In this document: positions 47,666 to 56,818 of the stretch, in pieces
How the letters are laid out: every line of letters begins with the position of its first letter
Numbering within the stretch: the stretch's first letter is position 1
Assembly: GCA_049570475.1 (NCBI GenBank)
Contig: CP186953.1
Location: 1,248,001 to 1,312,000 of the forward strand
Direction: 5' to 3'
Source: Candidatus Methanosuratincola verstraetei
GTDB taxonomy: Archaea > Thermoproteota > Methanomethylicia > Methanomethylicales > Methanomethylicaceae
Length of the DNA stretch: 64,000 nucleotides
The notes under the pieces: model-generated
Seen by the model: only the letters and a program-made list of their open reading frames with translations
Databases searched by the model: none
Told to the model about the DNA's origin: nothing
Position numbers and translations under genes: made by a program

Positions 47666-48337
47666 TTGACCTTTCAGAAAGAGCTGAGCGATCTTGAAAA
47701 CAAAGCATACCGAAAGTCTCTTGATCTACTCGCCGACCACGCAAGGAAAGTGCAGGAAGTTGTGAGATCGTTGGTGCTGATGATTGACGATTATGCTTCA
47801 TCGAGGGGCAATATGGAGGAGCACTACGATACAGTCTCCAGGCTTGAGGAGGAGGCAGACGAGATAAAGATAGAGTTGATCGACACGCTGACAAAGTCGG
47901 CCCCTGGACTCCTGTACAGGGAGGACTTCCTGAGGCTAATGTTCAATGTTGAGAAGATTGCCGAGATTGCCCAGACAATTTCTAGGCTCTTACTCAAGCT
48001 CTCTAAGAGGAACATCAGGGTAGATCCGACGATTGCTGAGGGTCTGTCCTCACTCGCAAGCGAATCCTTGTCTGCTTATGAAAAGCTAAGGAGTTGCGTT
48101 ATGGCTTTGGCGATGAATCCGATTTATGCATTGAAACAAGTTGGCGATGTCCATTCTGCAGAGAACAAGATCGATCTGATGCAGCAGGATCTCGATCTCC
48201 GGATCATAATGGACGTTAAGGATCAGGGCTGCGTTCTGATCTGCAGGGACCTTGTGGCAAACCTTGAGCATATGGTGGACACCATGAGGGACGCCTCAGA
48301 CGACGTCAGGGTGCTCGCACTGCACCGCGTGCTCTGA
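47666..48337 (+). CDS. DUF47/PhoU-like phosphate transport regulator
   Basis: LEEEADEIK, REDFLRL, AENKID helical repeats. Confidence 0.78.
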   Translation: MTFQKELSDLENKAYRKSLDLLADHARKVQEVVRSLVLMIDDYASSRGNMEEHYDTVSRLEEEADEIKIELIDTLTKSAPGLLYREDFLRLMFNVEKIAEIAQTISRLLLKLSKRNIRVDPTIAEGLSSLASESLSAYEKLRSCVMALAMNPIYALKQVGDVHSAENKIDLMQQDLDLRIIMDVKDQGCVLICRDLVANLEHMVDTMRDASDDVRVLALHRVL

Positions 48338-48342
48338 GCCAA

Positions 48343-48483
48343 TCAGGCCTTCGACACTTTTTGGGAACGGGGGACTTGGCGGTTTAAAAGGCGTCTGCCA
48401 AGCAAGGTGGGCCATGAATACTGTCGCACCCTCTCCTATGGTGAGTGGCAATAATTGTAGCTTAAGGACCCACTTGCCTGACA
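48343..48483 (+). ncRNA. candidate structured RNA upstream of endA
   Basis: CUUGGCGG/CUGCCAAG hairpin; GCAAGGUGGG/CCCACUUGC long hairpin; ends CUG-ACA. Confidence 0.3.
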
Positions 48484-48540
48484 AACTTTAATTGCCTGCC
48501 TGATATACTCTAAAAAGCTATTCACCAGTTCTGGTGCGTT

Positions 48541-49098
48541 ATGATGGCATCCTCCCTGCCAGTGGCAACAATAATCGGATCCCGGATCATCGTACTCTCA
48601 AAAACTCAAGGGGCAAAGCTCTACAAGGAGGGCTTTTTCGGCAAACCGGTCAACATCCACAAGCCAAAGGACACAGAGGTCGATGCCCCGCTCGAGCTAT
48701 CGCTCTTCGAAGCAAACTACCTCCTAGAGCAAAGGCGGATATCCGTCGAGTCGGGGGGCCGTGCTATTTCACTAGAGGAACTGGCGAAGTTCTCGAGGGA
48801 GAATTTCAGGCTTTTTGACGAGCTCTATGCGGTTTACAAAGACCTTCGCGAGAAGGGGTATGTCGTTAGGCCAGGGATGAAATTCGGATCTGATTTCGCG
48901 GTTTACGAATATGGCCCAGGCATCGACCATGCCCCGTTCGTCATACATGTGCTCCCAAGCTCGGCAGAGGTAGACCCAATAGAGATAGTGAGGGCAGGGC
49001 GCCTCTCACATACCGTGAGGAAGAAGTTCATACTCGCCACCCTTGACAGGTCCCGGAACAAGGTGCTTTACTTCATGTTCATGTGGTGGAAGGCTTAG
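48541..49098 (+). CDS. endA: tRNA-splicing endonuclease catalytic subunit
   Basis: LSLFEA.YL, VYKDLR.KGY, G.KFGSDF.VY..GPGIDH, RLSH.VRKK (Y/H/K triad). Confidence 0.92.
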   Translation: MMASSLPVATIIGSRIIVLSKTQGAKLYKEGFFGKPVNIHKPKDTEVDAPLELSLFEANYLLEQRRISVESGGRAISLEELAKFSRENFRLFDELYAVYKDLREKGYVVRPGMKFGSDFAVYEYGPGIDHAPFVIHVLPSSAEVDPIEIVRAGRLSHTVRKKFILATLDRSRNKVLYFMFMWWKA

Positions 49099-49125
49099 CG
49101 GTACTTCTAGGAGGCTGAATCCGGG

Positions 49126-50385
49126 TCACTCTGTGCCTTCGCTCCATCCCTTTACATAAGCCTCCTGCTCCTCCGTCATGGTGTCGATTCTTACTTCCAT
49201 TGTATCCAGCTTCAGTTTGGCTACCGACCTGTCGATCTCCTTGGGAACGTCATACACATCTGGCCTGAGGTTTTTGCCTTCTCTGATTATGTATTCCACC
49301 GAGAGTGCCTGGTTGGCAAAGCTCATGTCCATCACCTCGCTCGGGTGCCCCTCTGCAGCGGCAAGGTTGACAAGCCTCCCCTCCGCCAGAAGGTAGATCT
49401 TCCTCCCGTCTTTCATCAGGTACTCGTCGACATTCTGCCTGAGGCGTCTTCTCTCGGCAGCCTCTTCCGAAAGAGCATTAATGTCAATCTCAACATTGAA
49501 GTGGCCTGTGTTTGCCAAGATCGCGCCGCCCTTCATCATGCTGAAGTGCTCCCTCCTGATCACGCCCTTATTGCCAGTGGCAGTGACGAACACATCCCCT
49601 ATCTTGGCGGCTTCGTCCATGGGCATGACGGCAAATCCGTCCATCACCGCCTTGAGCGCCTTCATAGGGTCGACCTCTGTGACTATTACCCTGGCACCCA
49701 TGCCCCTTGCCCTGTTAGCAAGCCCCCTGCCGCAGTGTCCGTATCCTGCTACCACAAAATTCTTTCCTGCCAGCAGGATGTTGGTGGCCCTCATGATCCC
49801 GTCTAGGGTGCTTTGCCCCGTCCCATATACATTGTCAAAGTCCCACTTTGTCTCCGCGTTGTTGACCGCTATAACTGGGTACTTCAGCACCCCTTTCGCA
49901 GCCATGGCCTTTAGCCTGACGACCCCAGTAGTGGTCTCTTCAGTCCCCCCAACTACCCTCGATATCTTCCCTTCTCCAGAGTGAAGGGTTGTGATCAGGT
50001 CCGCCCCGTCGTCCATCGTTATCATGGGCTCCTTTTTGAGCACCTCCTTCAAGCAACTGTAGTAATCTTCTTTGGTCTGCCCCCTCCAGGCGAAGACGCT
50101 GGCCCCTTCCTCTGCAAGCGCTGCGGCCACCTCGTCCTGTGTGGAGAGCGGGTTGGATCCAGCGAGTGCAACCTTGGCGCCCCCGTCCATGAGAGTCCTG
50201 ATGAGGACGCCGGTTTCCTTCGTGACATGCAAGCAAGCGGCGATCGTCACCCCTCTTAGCGGGCCCTCTTCAGCGAACCTCTTCCTTATGCTCATAAGGA
50301 CCGGCATGTGGTCCTCAGCCCACCTGAGTAGGCTCTTGCCGCTCCCAGCAAGACCTAAATCCTTGACCTTAGAATTCAATGCCAA
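49126..50385 (-). CDS. ahcY: adenosylhomocysteinase
   Basis: [47 protein letters not shown]. Confidence 0.96.
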   Translation of the reverse strand: MALNSKVKDLGLAGSGKSLLRWAEDHMPVLMSIRKRFAEEGPLRGVTIAACLHVTKETGVLIRTLMDGGAKVALAGSNPLSTQDEVAAALAEEGASVFAWRGQTKEDYYSCLKEVLKKEPMITMDDGADLITTLHSGEGKISRVVGGTEETTTGVVRLKAMAAKGVLKYPVIAVNNAETKWDFDNVYGTGQSTLDGIMRATNILLAGKNFVVAGYGHCGRGLANRARGMGARVIVTEVDPMKALKAVMDGFAVMPMDEAAKIGDVFVTATGNKGVIRREHFSMMKGGAILANTGHFNVEIDINALSEEAAERRRLRQNVDEYLMKDGRKIYLLAEGRLVNLAAAEGHPSEVMDMSFANQALSVEYIIREGKNLRPDVYDVPKEIDRSVAKLKLDTMEVRIDTMTEEQEAYVKGWSEGTE

Positions 50386-50448
50386 TATTTACACCGCCCA
50401 GACTGAGGGCAATAATGTCTCCAGACATATAAAAAGAATCAGCACGGC

Positions 50449-51135
50449 TCAAGGCGAAAGCCTCTGCAGGACCTTCGTGTCAAGCCTGACTCTCTGTATC
50501 TCTGCGAGTGGGATCCTCAGCTTGGCTTCCTCAGCAGTCGTATATTTGACGGGCAAGCCCTTGTCTATCCACTTCTCCCTTATAGCCGCCTCAAGCTCCG
50601 GATCGTTAATGTTCGGGCTGAACACCCTTTTCACAAGCCCGACAAGCTCTGAGTTTCGGATCCATTCGTCAGGGGGGACTGTGTGGGTGTCGTCGTATGC
50701 CTGGTGCATCTCGACAGAGTCCAACCTCTCGCCAGCCAGGTCCATGTAGTTCCCCTTCGAAAGGGCTTTTGTTATGTAAATGTAGTGCAGGAACTCGTGT
50801 GCCGCGCAAGCCCTTAGGACATCCTCGCGCGAGAGTATCACAAAGGGCACGGAGAAAACAACGCATGGCATGAGCTCCCCCATGTATTCCATCAGCTTGC
50901 AGGCCGCATATATCACAGCGCCTGAGAATGTCGACGATGGGTACCTGATTATAGTGAGGGCAGGCTCGAAAAATACTGGCGGGTATTGCAGGCCCGATGC
51001 CTCTTCTGTCTCCCGTAGGGCCTTCTCAAGGAGAGGGATTCTCTCGAAGAAGGATGTGAAAACCTCTTTGCCTATTATCCCCTTCTCCCCGTACTCGTAG
51101 ACCTTGTCGAAGTTAATCCTCCTCTCGAGAGACAT
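50449..51135 (-). CDS. hypothetical protein with HExxH zincin-like motif
   Basis: AAHEFLHY motif. Confidence 0.65.
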   Translation of the reverse strand: MSLERRINFDKVYEYGEKGIIGKEVFTSFFERIPLLEKALRETEEASGLQYPPVFFEPALTIIRYPSSTFSGAVIYAACKLMEYMGELMPCVVFSVPFVILSREDVLRACAAHEFLHYIYITKALSKGNYMDLAGERLDSVEMHQAYDDTHTVPPDEWIRNSELVGLVKRVFSPNINDPELEAAIREKWIDKGLPVKYTTAEEAKLRIPLAEIQRVRLDTKVLQRLSP

Positions 51136-51144
51136 TTTGGGGCA

Positions 51145-52191
51145 CTAAAATGGAATTCTGCTTTCCATTGCCTTGACAAGAAGCTCAACGCAGCCGTCAA
51201 GGTCTCTCTTTGATATTACCTCGCTGAAGCTGTGCACATACCTTGAGGGGATCGATATGCAAGCGGAAGGTATCCCTGACTGTGACATCTGGATTGCGGC
51301 TGCATCTGTTGTGCCGCCCTCCAGCACTTCGAGCTGGTACTGTATGCCGTTTTTCTCTGCCAGCTCCATCAGCCATCCTCTGACCAGCGGGTTTGCGATC
51401 ATCCCCCCGCCGAGCGAGTCTTTCCGCCCGTCTGCTACTACTATGGTAGGGCCATTCCCCAGCTTCACGGGGGCGTCCTGTTCAGAGAGCTCGGGGTGAT
51501 CCCCCGCGATTGTGGTGTCGATCGCAATTCCGATGTCCGGCTTTACTGCGTTGGCGCTCATTGTGGCCCCTCTTAGTCCCACCTCTTCCTGGACTGTGAA
51601 GACTGCAACGATCTTGTTCTTCGGGTTTGCCTTCTTCAGGGCTTCGATGAGTGCGTAGCAGCCTGCCCTGTCGTCCATGGCCTTCCCAACGACAAGGTCG
51701 TTCTCAAGTTCCATCACTCCCCTCACGAAAGTGATCGGCGTACCTACCCTGATCCCATAGCCTTCAAGCTGTTCCTTGGTCGCGCCCGTGTCGATGAACA
51801 TCTTGTCGTATGTAACGAGCTGCTTCCTCTCTTCGTCCTTCATCACATGGATTGCCTTGCAGCCAATCACCCCGTGCACTTTCTTCTTCATGCCGTGTAT
51901 TAGCACCCTCTGGGCAGGCAGGATCTGATCGGCTATGCCGCCAAGCTTGGCGAACCTGATGAAACCCTTTTCATCAATATGCTTCACGATCAGCCCGATC
52001 TCGTCCGTGTGGGCTGCTGCCATCATAGTCCGATCTCCGCTCCCCTTCTCTGCGAAGAGGTTCCCGAACTTGTCCTCGCGAGTAATGACCCCATACCCTT
52101 TGAGCTCTTCCTTGATCACGGCGGCCACTCCATACTCTGAACCTGTAACCCCGTGAGTCTCACTCAACCTGCGCAACAATTCTAGATTCAA
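51145..52191 (-). CDS. M42 family (TET) aminopeptidase
   Basis: AHTDEIG, KAMDDR, QEEVGLRGA, GGTTDA, RYVHS. Confidence 0.92.
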   Translation of the reverse strand: MNLELLRRLSETHGVTGSEYGVAAVIKEELKGYGVITREDKFGNLFAEKGSGDRTMMAAAHTDEIGLIVKHIDEKGFIRFAKLGGIADQILPAQRVLIHGMKKKVHGVIGCKAIHVMKDEERKQLVTYDKMFIDTGATKEQLEGYGIRVGTPITFVRGVMELENDLVVGKAMDDRAGCYALIEALKKANPKNKIVAVFTVQEEVGLRGATMSANAVKPDIGIAIDTTIAGDHPELSEQDAPVKLGNGPTIVVADGRKDSLGGGMIANPLVRGWLMELAEKNGIQYQLEVLEGGTTDAAAIQMSQSGIPSACISIPSRYVHSFSEVISKRDLDGCVELLVKAMESRIPF

Positions 52192-52313
52192 TTATCTCCC
52201 CTTCCCTTGCCTTAACTCCTGATCCCGCCCTTCGTTTTTAACTTTGCCGTCAGGAACCCCGTTCCGGCAGGAAGAAGCAAAAGAGATTCAAATTAAACCA
52301 TCTTCAGCCAACT

Positions 52314-53732
52314 TCACGCCCCTTCTTGCCCTTCAATCTTGACCTCGATCTCTTCATCACCGATCTTTATCCTGAACCACTTGACTTCTTTCCTCTTAGC
52401 CTGCTCATTGGAAGCGAAGGACTTGAGCTCACCTCTGAAGAACGCGAGCGCAAGCTGAGGGAAGAGCAAGTATGTCAGCAGGTCTTCTTCCTTCTTTGCT
52501 AGGCGCTTGACATCCTCAGGGATATCCTTCAGGGTTGGGATCTTTGGCGGATCAACCTTTTTCACCAGCTCCAAAAGTTGCCTGCTTATCTCCCCAGGGG
52601 GTCTGCCATAAAATCCCCTCACATAATCCTCCAGCTCCTTTATCACTGGCTCGTACCTCTTGCCAGTAATGACATTCATCACCGCCTGGGTGCCCACGAT
52701 CTGGCTCATCGGGGTCACGAGCGGAGGGTAGCCGAGGTCCCTCCTGACCGCAGGAACCTCGCTCAGGACGGCTTCCATCTTCGAGAGCGCATTGTACTCC
52801 CTGAGCTGGTAAACTAGGTTTGATATCATCCCGCCCGGGATCTGGTGCCTGAGCGCCCTCGGGTCTATCCTCTCGGTCATCTCCGAGCAATACCCCTTGT
52901 AGTTCTCTCGAATCTTCTCGAAGTAATCCGCGCATTCGTTTATGAGCTCTATATTTAGGTGCGATAGCATGTTCGTGCCGCGGAAGACCTCGTATATCGT
53001 CTCTATCGCCGGCTGGGATGCCCCGAAAGCGAATGGGAATAGCGCAGTGTCGATGTACTCTGCGCCAGCCTCAATGCCCTTCAGGTATGCGAGTGAGGCG
53101 AGCCCGCAAGTGTAATGGCAGTGGAGGGCGACAGGGAGCCCTGTCTCCTTCCTGATCCCCTTGACTATGTCGTATGCAGGTCTCGGGGCCAGCAGCCCTG
53201 CCATGTCCTTTATCCTGATTGCATCGACGCCAAGCTCGCTTATCCGTTTCGCCACGTCGATGAAGTAATCCACAGTATGTATGGGGCTCGTAGTGTATAC
53301 GACATCCCCGTGGACCGTGGCGCCTATCTGCTTGGCTACTTTCACGGCTACCCTGAGGTTCTCGACATCGTTCAGGGCGTCGAATATCCTGAACACATCT
53401 ACCCCATTCTCATATGCCTTCTTCACAAATGCCTCTATGACATCATCCGAGTAGTGCCTGTAACCCACAAGGTTCTTGCCCCTCAGGAGCATAACCACAT
53501 TGGTCTTCTTGAGCCCCCTCTTTATCCTTCGGAGCCTTTCCCAGGGGTCCTCGTTCAGGTACCTTATGCAGGCGTCGAATGTCGCGCCCCCCCAAGCCTC
53601 AAGTCCGTAGAAGCCTATCTCGTCCATCTTCTCCACCACCGGGACAATGTCCTCGATCCTCAGCCGGGTGGCGAAGAGTGACTGCTGTGCGTCGCGGAGG
53701 GTAGTGTCGATCACGTTGAGCAATACCACCAC
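52314..53732 (-). CDS. pycB: pyruvate carboxylase subunit B / oxaloacetate decarboxylase alpha carboxyltransferase, no biotin-carrier domain
   Basis: LRDAQQSL, WGGATFD, IKDMAG, HCH, PGGMISNL, PLVTP.SQ; no EAMKM motif. Confidence 0.8.
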   Translation of the reverse strand: MVVLLNVIDTTLRDAQQSLFATRLRIEDIVPVVEKMDEIGFYGLEAWGGATFDACIRYLNEDPWERLRRIKRGLKKTNVVMLLRGKNLVGYRHYSDDVIEAFVKKAYENGVDVFRIFDALNDVENLRVAVKVAKQIGATVHGDVVYTTSPIHTVDYFIDVAKRISELGVDAIRIKDMAGLLAPRPAYDIVKGIRKETGLPVALHCHYTCGLASLAYLKGIEAGAEYIDTALFPFAFGASQPAIETIYEVFRGTNMLSHLNIELINECADYFEKIRENYKGYCSEMTERIDPRALRHQIPGGMISNLVYQLREYNALSKMEAVLSEVPAVRRDLGYPPLVTPMSQIVGTQAVMNVITGKRYEPVIKELEDYVRGFYGRPPGEISRQLLELVKKVDPPKIPTLKDIPEDVKRLAKKEEDLLTYLLFPQLALAFFRGELKSFASNEQAKRKEVKWFRIKIGDEEIEVKIEGQEGA

Positions 53733-53935
53733 CTAAAACTACAATTAAGGCACATATTTCCATTTAAAAAGGTATTGCTTAACTTTGTAAAGTTGTTAAA
53801 ATAAACCCAAGGGGATTTAGTGCCCTTTTCTATATATACATCATGTATTAACCTGTATATATCCCTCTTTTAGAAATGAGTTAAATCTTATATATCACCG
53901 CATCCATTCATTTAGCAGTTTTCGAAGGTGGAAAA

Positions 53936-55396
53936 ATGGCTAGAGGAAACAAGGAAATACTTGCAAATCTGGAACAGATAGTTGGTCCAGAGTATGTGAG
54001 CAATGAAGAAGCCGACCTGCAGCCATACACTTGGGACATGACTTGGGCCGAACCAAGGATGCCTGACTATGTCGTCATGCCGAAGACAGTGACCGAAGTC
54101 CAGCGCGTCTTGAGACTCGCGAACCACCGCAAGATTCCGGTGATTCCGTACTGCAACGGCACTAACATCGGTGGCCTCTGCGTACCAGAGGAAGGCGGAA
54201 TCATAATGGATCTCAAGAAGATGGACAGGATCCTCAAGATCGACCCTGAGACATGCTATGCTGTGATAGAGCCCGGTGTAAGCCACGCTGCATTCTCGGC
54301 TGCACTTAAGGCTACAAACCCACAGTGGAAGGGGGAGGAATTCAGCAAGGGATTCGAGTTCGGGTGGGGCGTTCATCCTCCGTCGGCATCCGTGCTCGCG
54401 ATGGCAATCAACCATGGGATTGGTCACCTCAACGGTAGGTTGGGTATTAACAGCCAGCTGATGAGCAGCATGGAAGTAGTCCTGCCGACTGGCGAAGTGG
54501 CAAAGATTGGATCCTGTGCCTACTCCGACTCATGGCACTCGTTCTTGCCGCTGCCCCGCATGGATGGACTCTTCACTGGATGGCTCGGGACAACCGGCAT
54601 TGTGACGAAGCTGGGAGTCTGGATCTTCCCGATCCGCCCGTACAAGGACGTCCTTACAATCGCTGCTGCCAGCGCAGAGGACATCACCAACTACATGGTC
54701 AGATGGCGCCACTACTCGCTCTGCGACGAAGTGACCGCAGTCAGCTGGTGGCTCGCTCAGATACCGATCGTATTCCCGTACAGCCCGAAGCCTGCTGATG
54801 CGCCAGAGTTCTTCAGCTACACCGTTATATCCGGTTGGAGCCAGGAGGAGCTCGACTACAAGAGGAAGATGTGGAAGGAAGTGGTCGCGAAGGAGAGGGC
54901 TAAGGGAACGAAGCTCATCGACTTCGAGTACCCGCCGGAGGCGAAGAAGGGAAGGACCGAGCTACCGAGCAGGATCGTGGGGTCAACCAAGAACTACTCC
55001 AAGTCCTGCGGAGGAGGAATTGCGTGGCCAGGCACCTTCGCACCGTGCAAGAGCTGGCCTATCCTCTACGAGAAGTGGAAGGAGATCTACATCAGGCACG
55101 GTCTGTCGCCTGCGACAAGGTTCACCGACTACCAGGGTGCACACTACGGCATGCTCAGGTGCATGACACCATTCAACAAGCGCGACCCGGCATCAGTCCA
55201 GGCTGCTAGGGATGCAATGGTCGAGTGCGTCAGGGCTGGTCTACCGGAGGGAATGCTACCGTACAAGCCGCCAGTTGAGTACCAGAACGAGCTCAACGCA
55301 GTCGCGGACGCTGGTTACCTGTACCTGATGACCAAGATAAAGGACATGCTTGATCCAAACAACATAATGAACCCGGGTAAGCTGGGTATCCGTTAA
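53936..55396 (+). CDS. FAD-linked oxidoreductase (VAO/PCMH/GlcD superfamily)
   Basis: PDYVVMP, DLKKMDRI, IEPGVS, MEVVLPTGE, GIVTK, DPNNIMNPGK. Confidence 0.85.
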   Translation: MARGNKEILANLEQIVGPEYVSNEEADLQPYTWDMTWAEPRMPDYVVMPKTVTEVQRVLRLANHRKIPVIPYCNGTNIGGLCVPEEGGIIMDLKKMDRILKIDPETCYAVIEPGVSHAAFSAALKATNPQWKGEEFSKGFEFGWGVHPPSASVLAMAINHGIGHLNGRLGINSQLMSSMEVVLPTGEVAKIGSCAYSDSWHSFLPLPRMDGLFTGWLGTTGIVTKLGVWIFPIRPYKDVLTIAAASAEDITNYMVRWRHYSLCDEVTAVSWWLAQIPIVFPYSPKPADAPEFFSYTVISGWSQEELDYKRKMWKEVVAKERAKGTKLIDFEYPPEAKKGRTELPSRIVGSTKNYSKSCGGGIAWPGTFAPCKSWPILYEKWKEIYIRHGLSPATRFTDYQGAHYGMLRCMTPFNKRDPASVQAARDAMVECVRAGLPEGMLPYKPPVEYQNELNAVADAGYLYLMTKIKDMLDPNNIMNPGKLGIR

Positions 55397-55409
55397 GGAG
55401 GCGAAAGAG

Positions 55410-56651
55410 ATGTCCCACCTACTAAAGAACAAGGAACTGAAAGAACTTGCGAAGATATATGACTGGGTCTCGATGTGCACGCACTGCGGCAACTGCAAGT
55501 ACGGCTACGAATATGGTCCGACTTCAAACTTCGCCGCAATGCTGTGCGTACAAGGAGACAAATTCAACTTCGACTCCTACAGGGGCAGCAGGGGCAAGGT
55601 CTCGCTTGCCAGGTCATTGCTGCACAACCGCATCGGCTGGTCCGACAAGGTCGCGCACGTGCTCTTCACCTGCACCTCGTGCGGCGCTTGCCAGCAGATG
55701 TGCGAGACAGACATCAAGCCGTGGATCCTGAGGATGTTCGAGACGCTCAGGTATGAAGCTTGGAAGCAGAACGTAGCAATCCCAGAGAACATCAAGGCCT
55801 GGAGCTCGACAATCGGCACGCTCTACAACCCGTACAAGGAGCCACACGAGAAGAGGCTCGACTGGCTTCCGAGCGACGTCAAGGCATCCCTTCCAAAGAA
55901 GGCAGAGTACATCTACTTCGCAGGGTGCACAGCATCCTACAGGAGGAAGCAGCTCGCAAGGGCGACTGTCAGCCTGCTGAAGAAGCTGAAGGTCGACTTC
56001 ACAGTCGTCGAAGACGAGTGGTGCTGCGCTTCGCCTCTGCTCAGGACTGGTCAGTATGACCTAGCCGCCAAATTCGTTGAGCACAACAAAGCCCTCCCGG
56101 AGAAGTACGGCGCATCCGCATTCATAACTACCTGCTCGGGCTGCTACAGGACACTCGGCAGGGACTACACAATGGACGCCCCAGAAGGCTACGCAGACAA
56201 GTACGGCAAGATGACCGGCGTGAAGGTCCTGCACACCACGCACCTGCTGGAGGAGATGCTGAACAAGGGCGAGATCGAGTTCACGGGCAGCTTCAACAAG
56301 AAGGTGACCTACCACGACCCATGCCACCTCGGAAGGCACGCAGAGGTCTACGAGACCCCGAGGAATGTGCTGAAGGCCGTTCCAGGTCTGCAGCTTGTTG
56401 AGATGTACCGGAACCGGAAGTTCTCGTTCTGCTGCGGCGCAGGCGGCGGTGTGAGGGGTGGATTCGCTGACTACTCGCTGGAGACCGCAGGCAAGCGCGT
56501 CAAGGAAGCCGAGGCTACTGGCGCAGAGCTTGTGACGAGCGCATGCCCGTTCTGCTACACCAACCTTGCGGACGCAATAGAACTGAACAAGTCCCCATTG
56601 AAGATGGAGGACATCGTAGAAATCATCGAGCCAATAGTGAAAAGGAAGTAG
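55410..56651 (+). CDS. hdrD: HdrD-like Fe-S oxidoreductase (2x[4Fe-4S] + two CCG domains)
   Basis: CTHCGNC, CTSCGACQQMC; FAGC..WCC..CSGC and HDPCHLGR..CCGAGGG..CPFC. Confidence 0.8.
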   Translation: MSHLLKNKELKELAKIYDWVSMCTHCGNCKYGYEYGPTSNFAAMLCVQGDKFNFDSYRGSRGKVSLARSLLHNRIGWSDKVAHVLFTCTSCGACQQMCETDIKPWILRMFETLRYEAWKQNVAIPENIKAWSSTIGTLYNPYKEPHEKRLDWLPSDVKASLPKKAEYIYFAGCTASYRRKQLARATVSLLKKLKVDFTVVEDEWCCASPLLRTGQYDLAAKFVEHNKALPEKYGASAFITTCSGCYRTLGRDYTMDAPEGYADKYGKMTGVKVLHTTHLLEEMLNKGEIEFTGSFNKKVTYHDPCHLGRHAEVYETPRNVLKAVPGLQLVEMYRNRKFSFCCGAGGGVRGGFADYSLETAGKRVKEAEATGAELVTSACPFCYTNLADAIELNKSPLKMEDIVEIIEPIVKRK

Positions 56652-56661
56652 GAGAAACCCC

Positions 56662-56710
56662 CTTCCTTTTTTCCGTTTTTTTATTTTTATCTTTGTCTTT
56701 CTTTCTTTGC
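56662..56710 (+). terminator. oligo-T terminator
   Basis: Long T-rich tract immediately after hdrD-like stop. Confidence 0.65.
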
Positions 56711-56818
56711 CTCCGTCTAACTTCTGCATTCCATTGCTTTATTGTCGCCAAGCAGACTTTTCCGGATAGTTGGGATCCACCGATAGAGAAAAAAGGTCCG
56801 ATTTGCCTTTTCCGTAGT

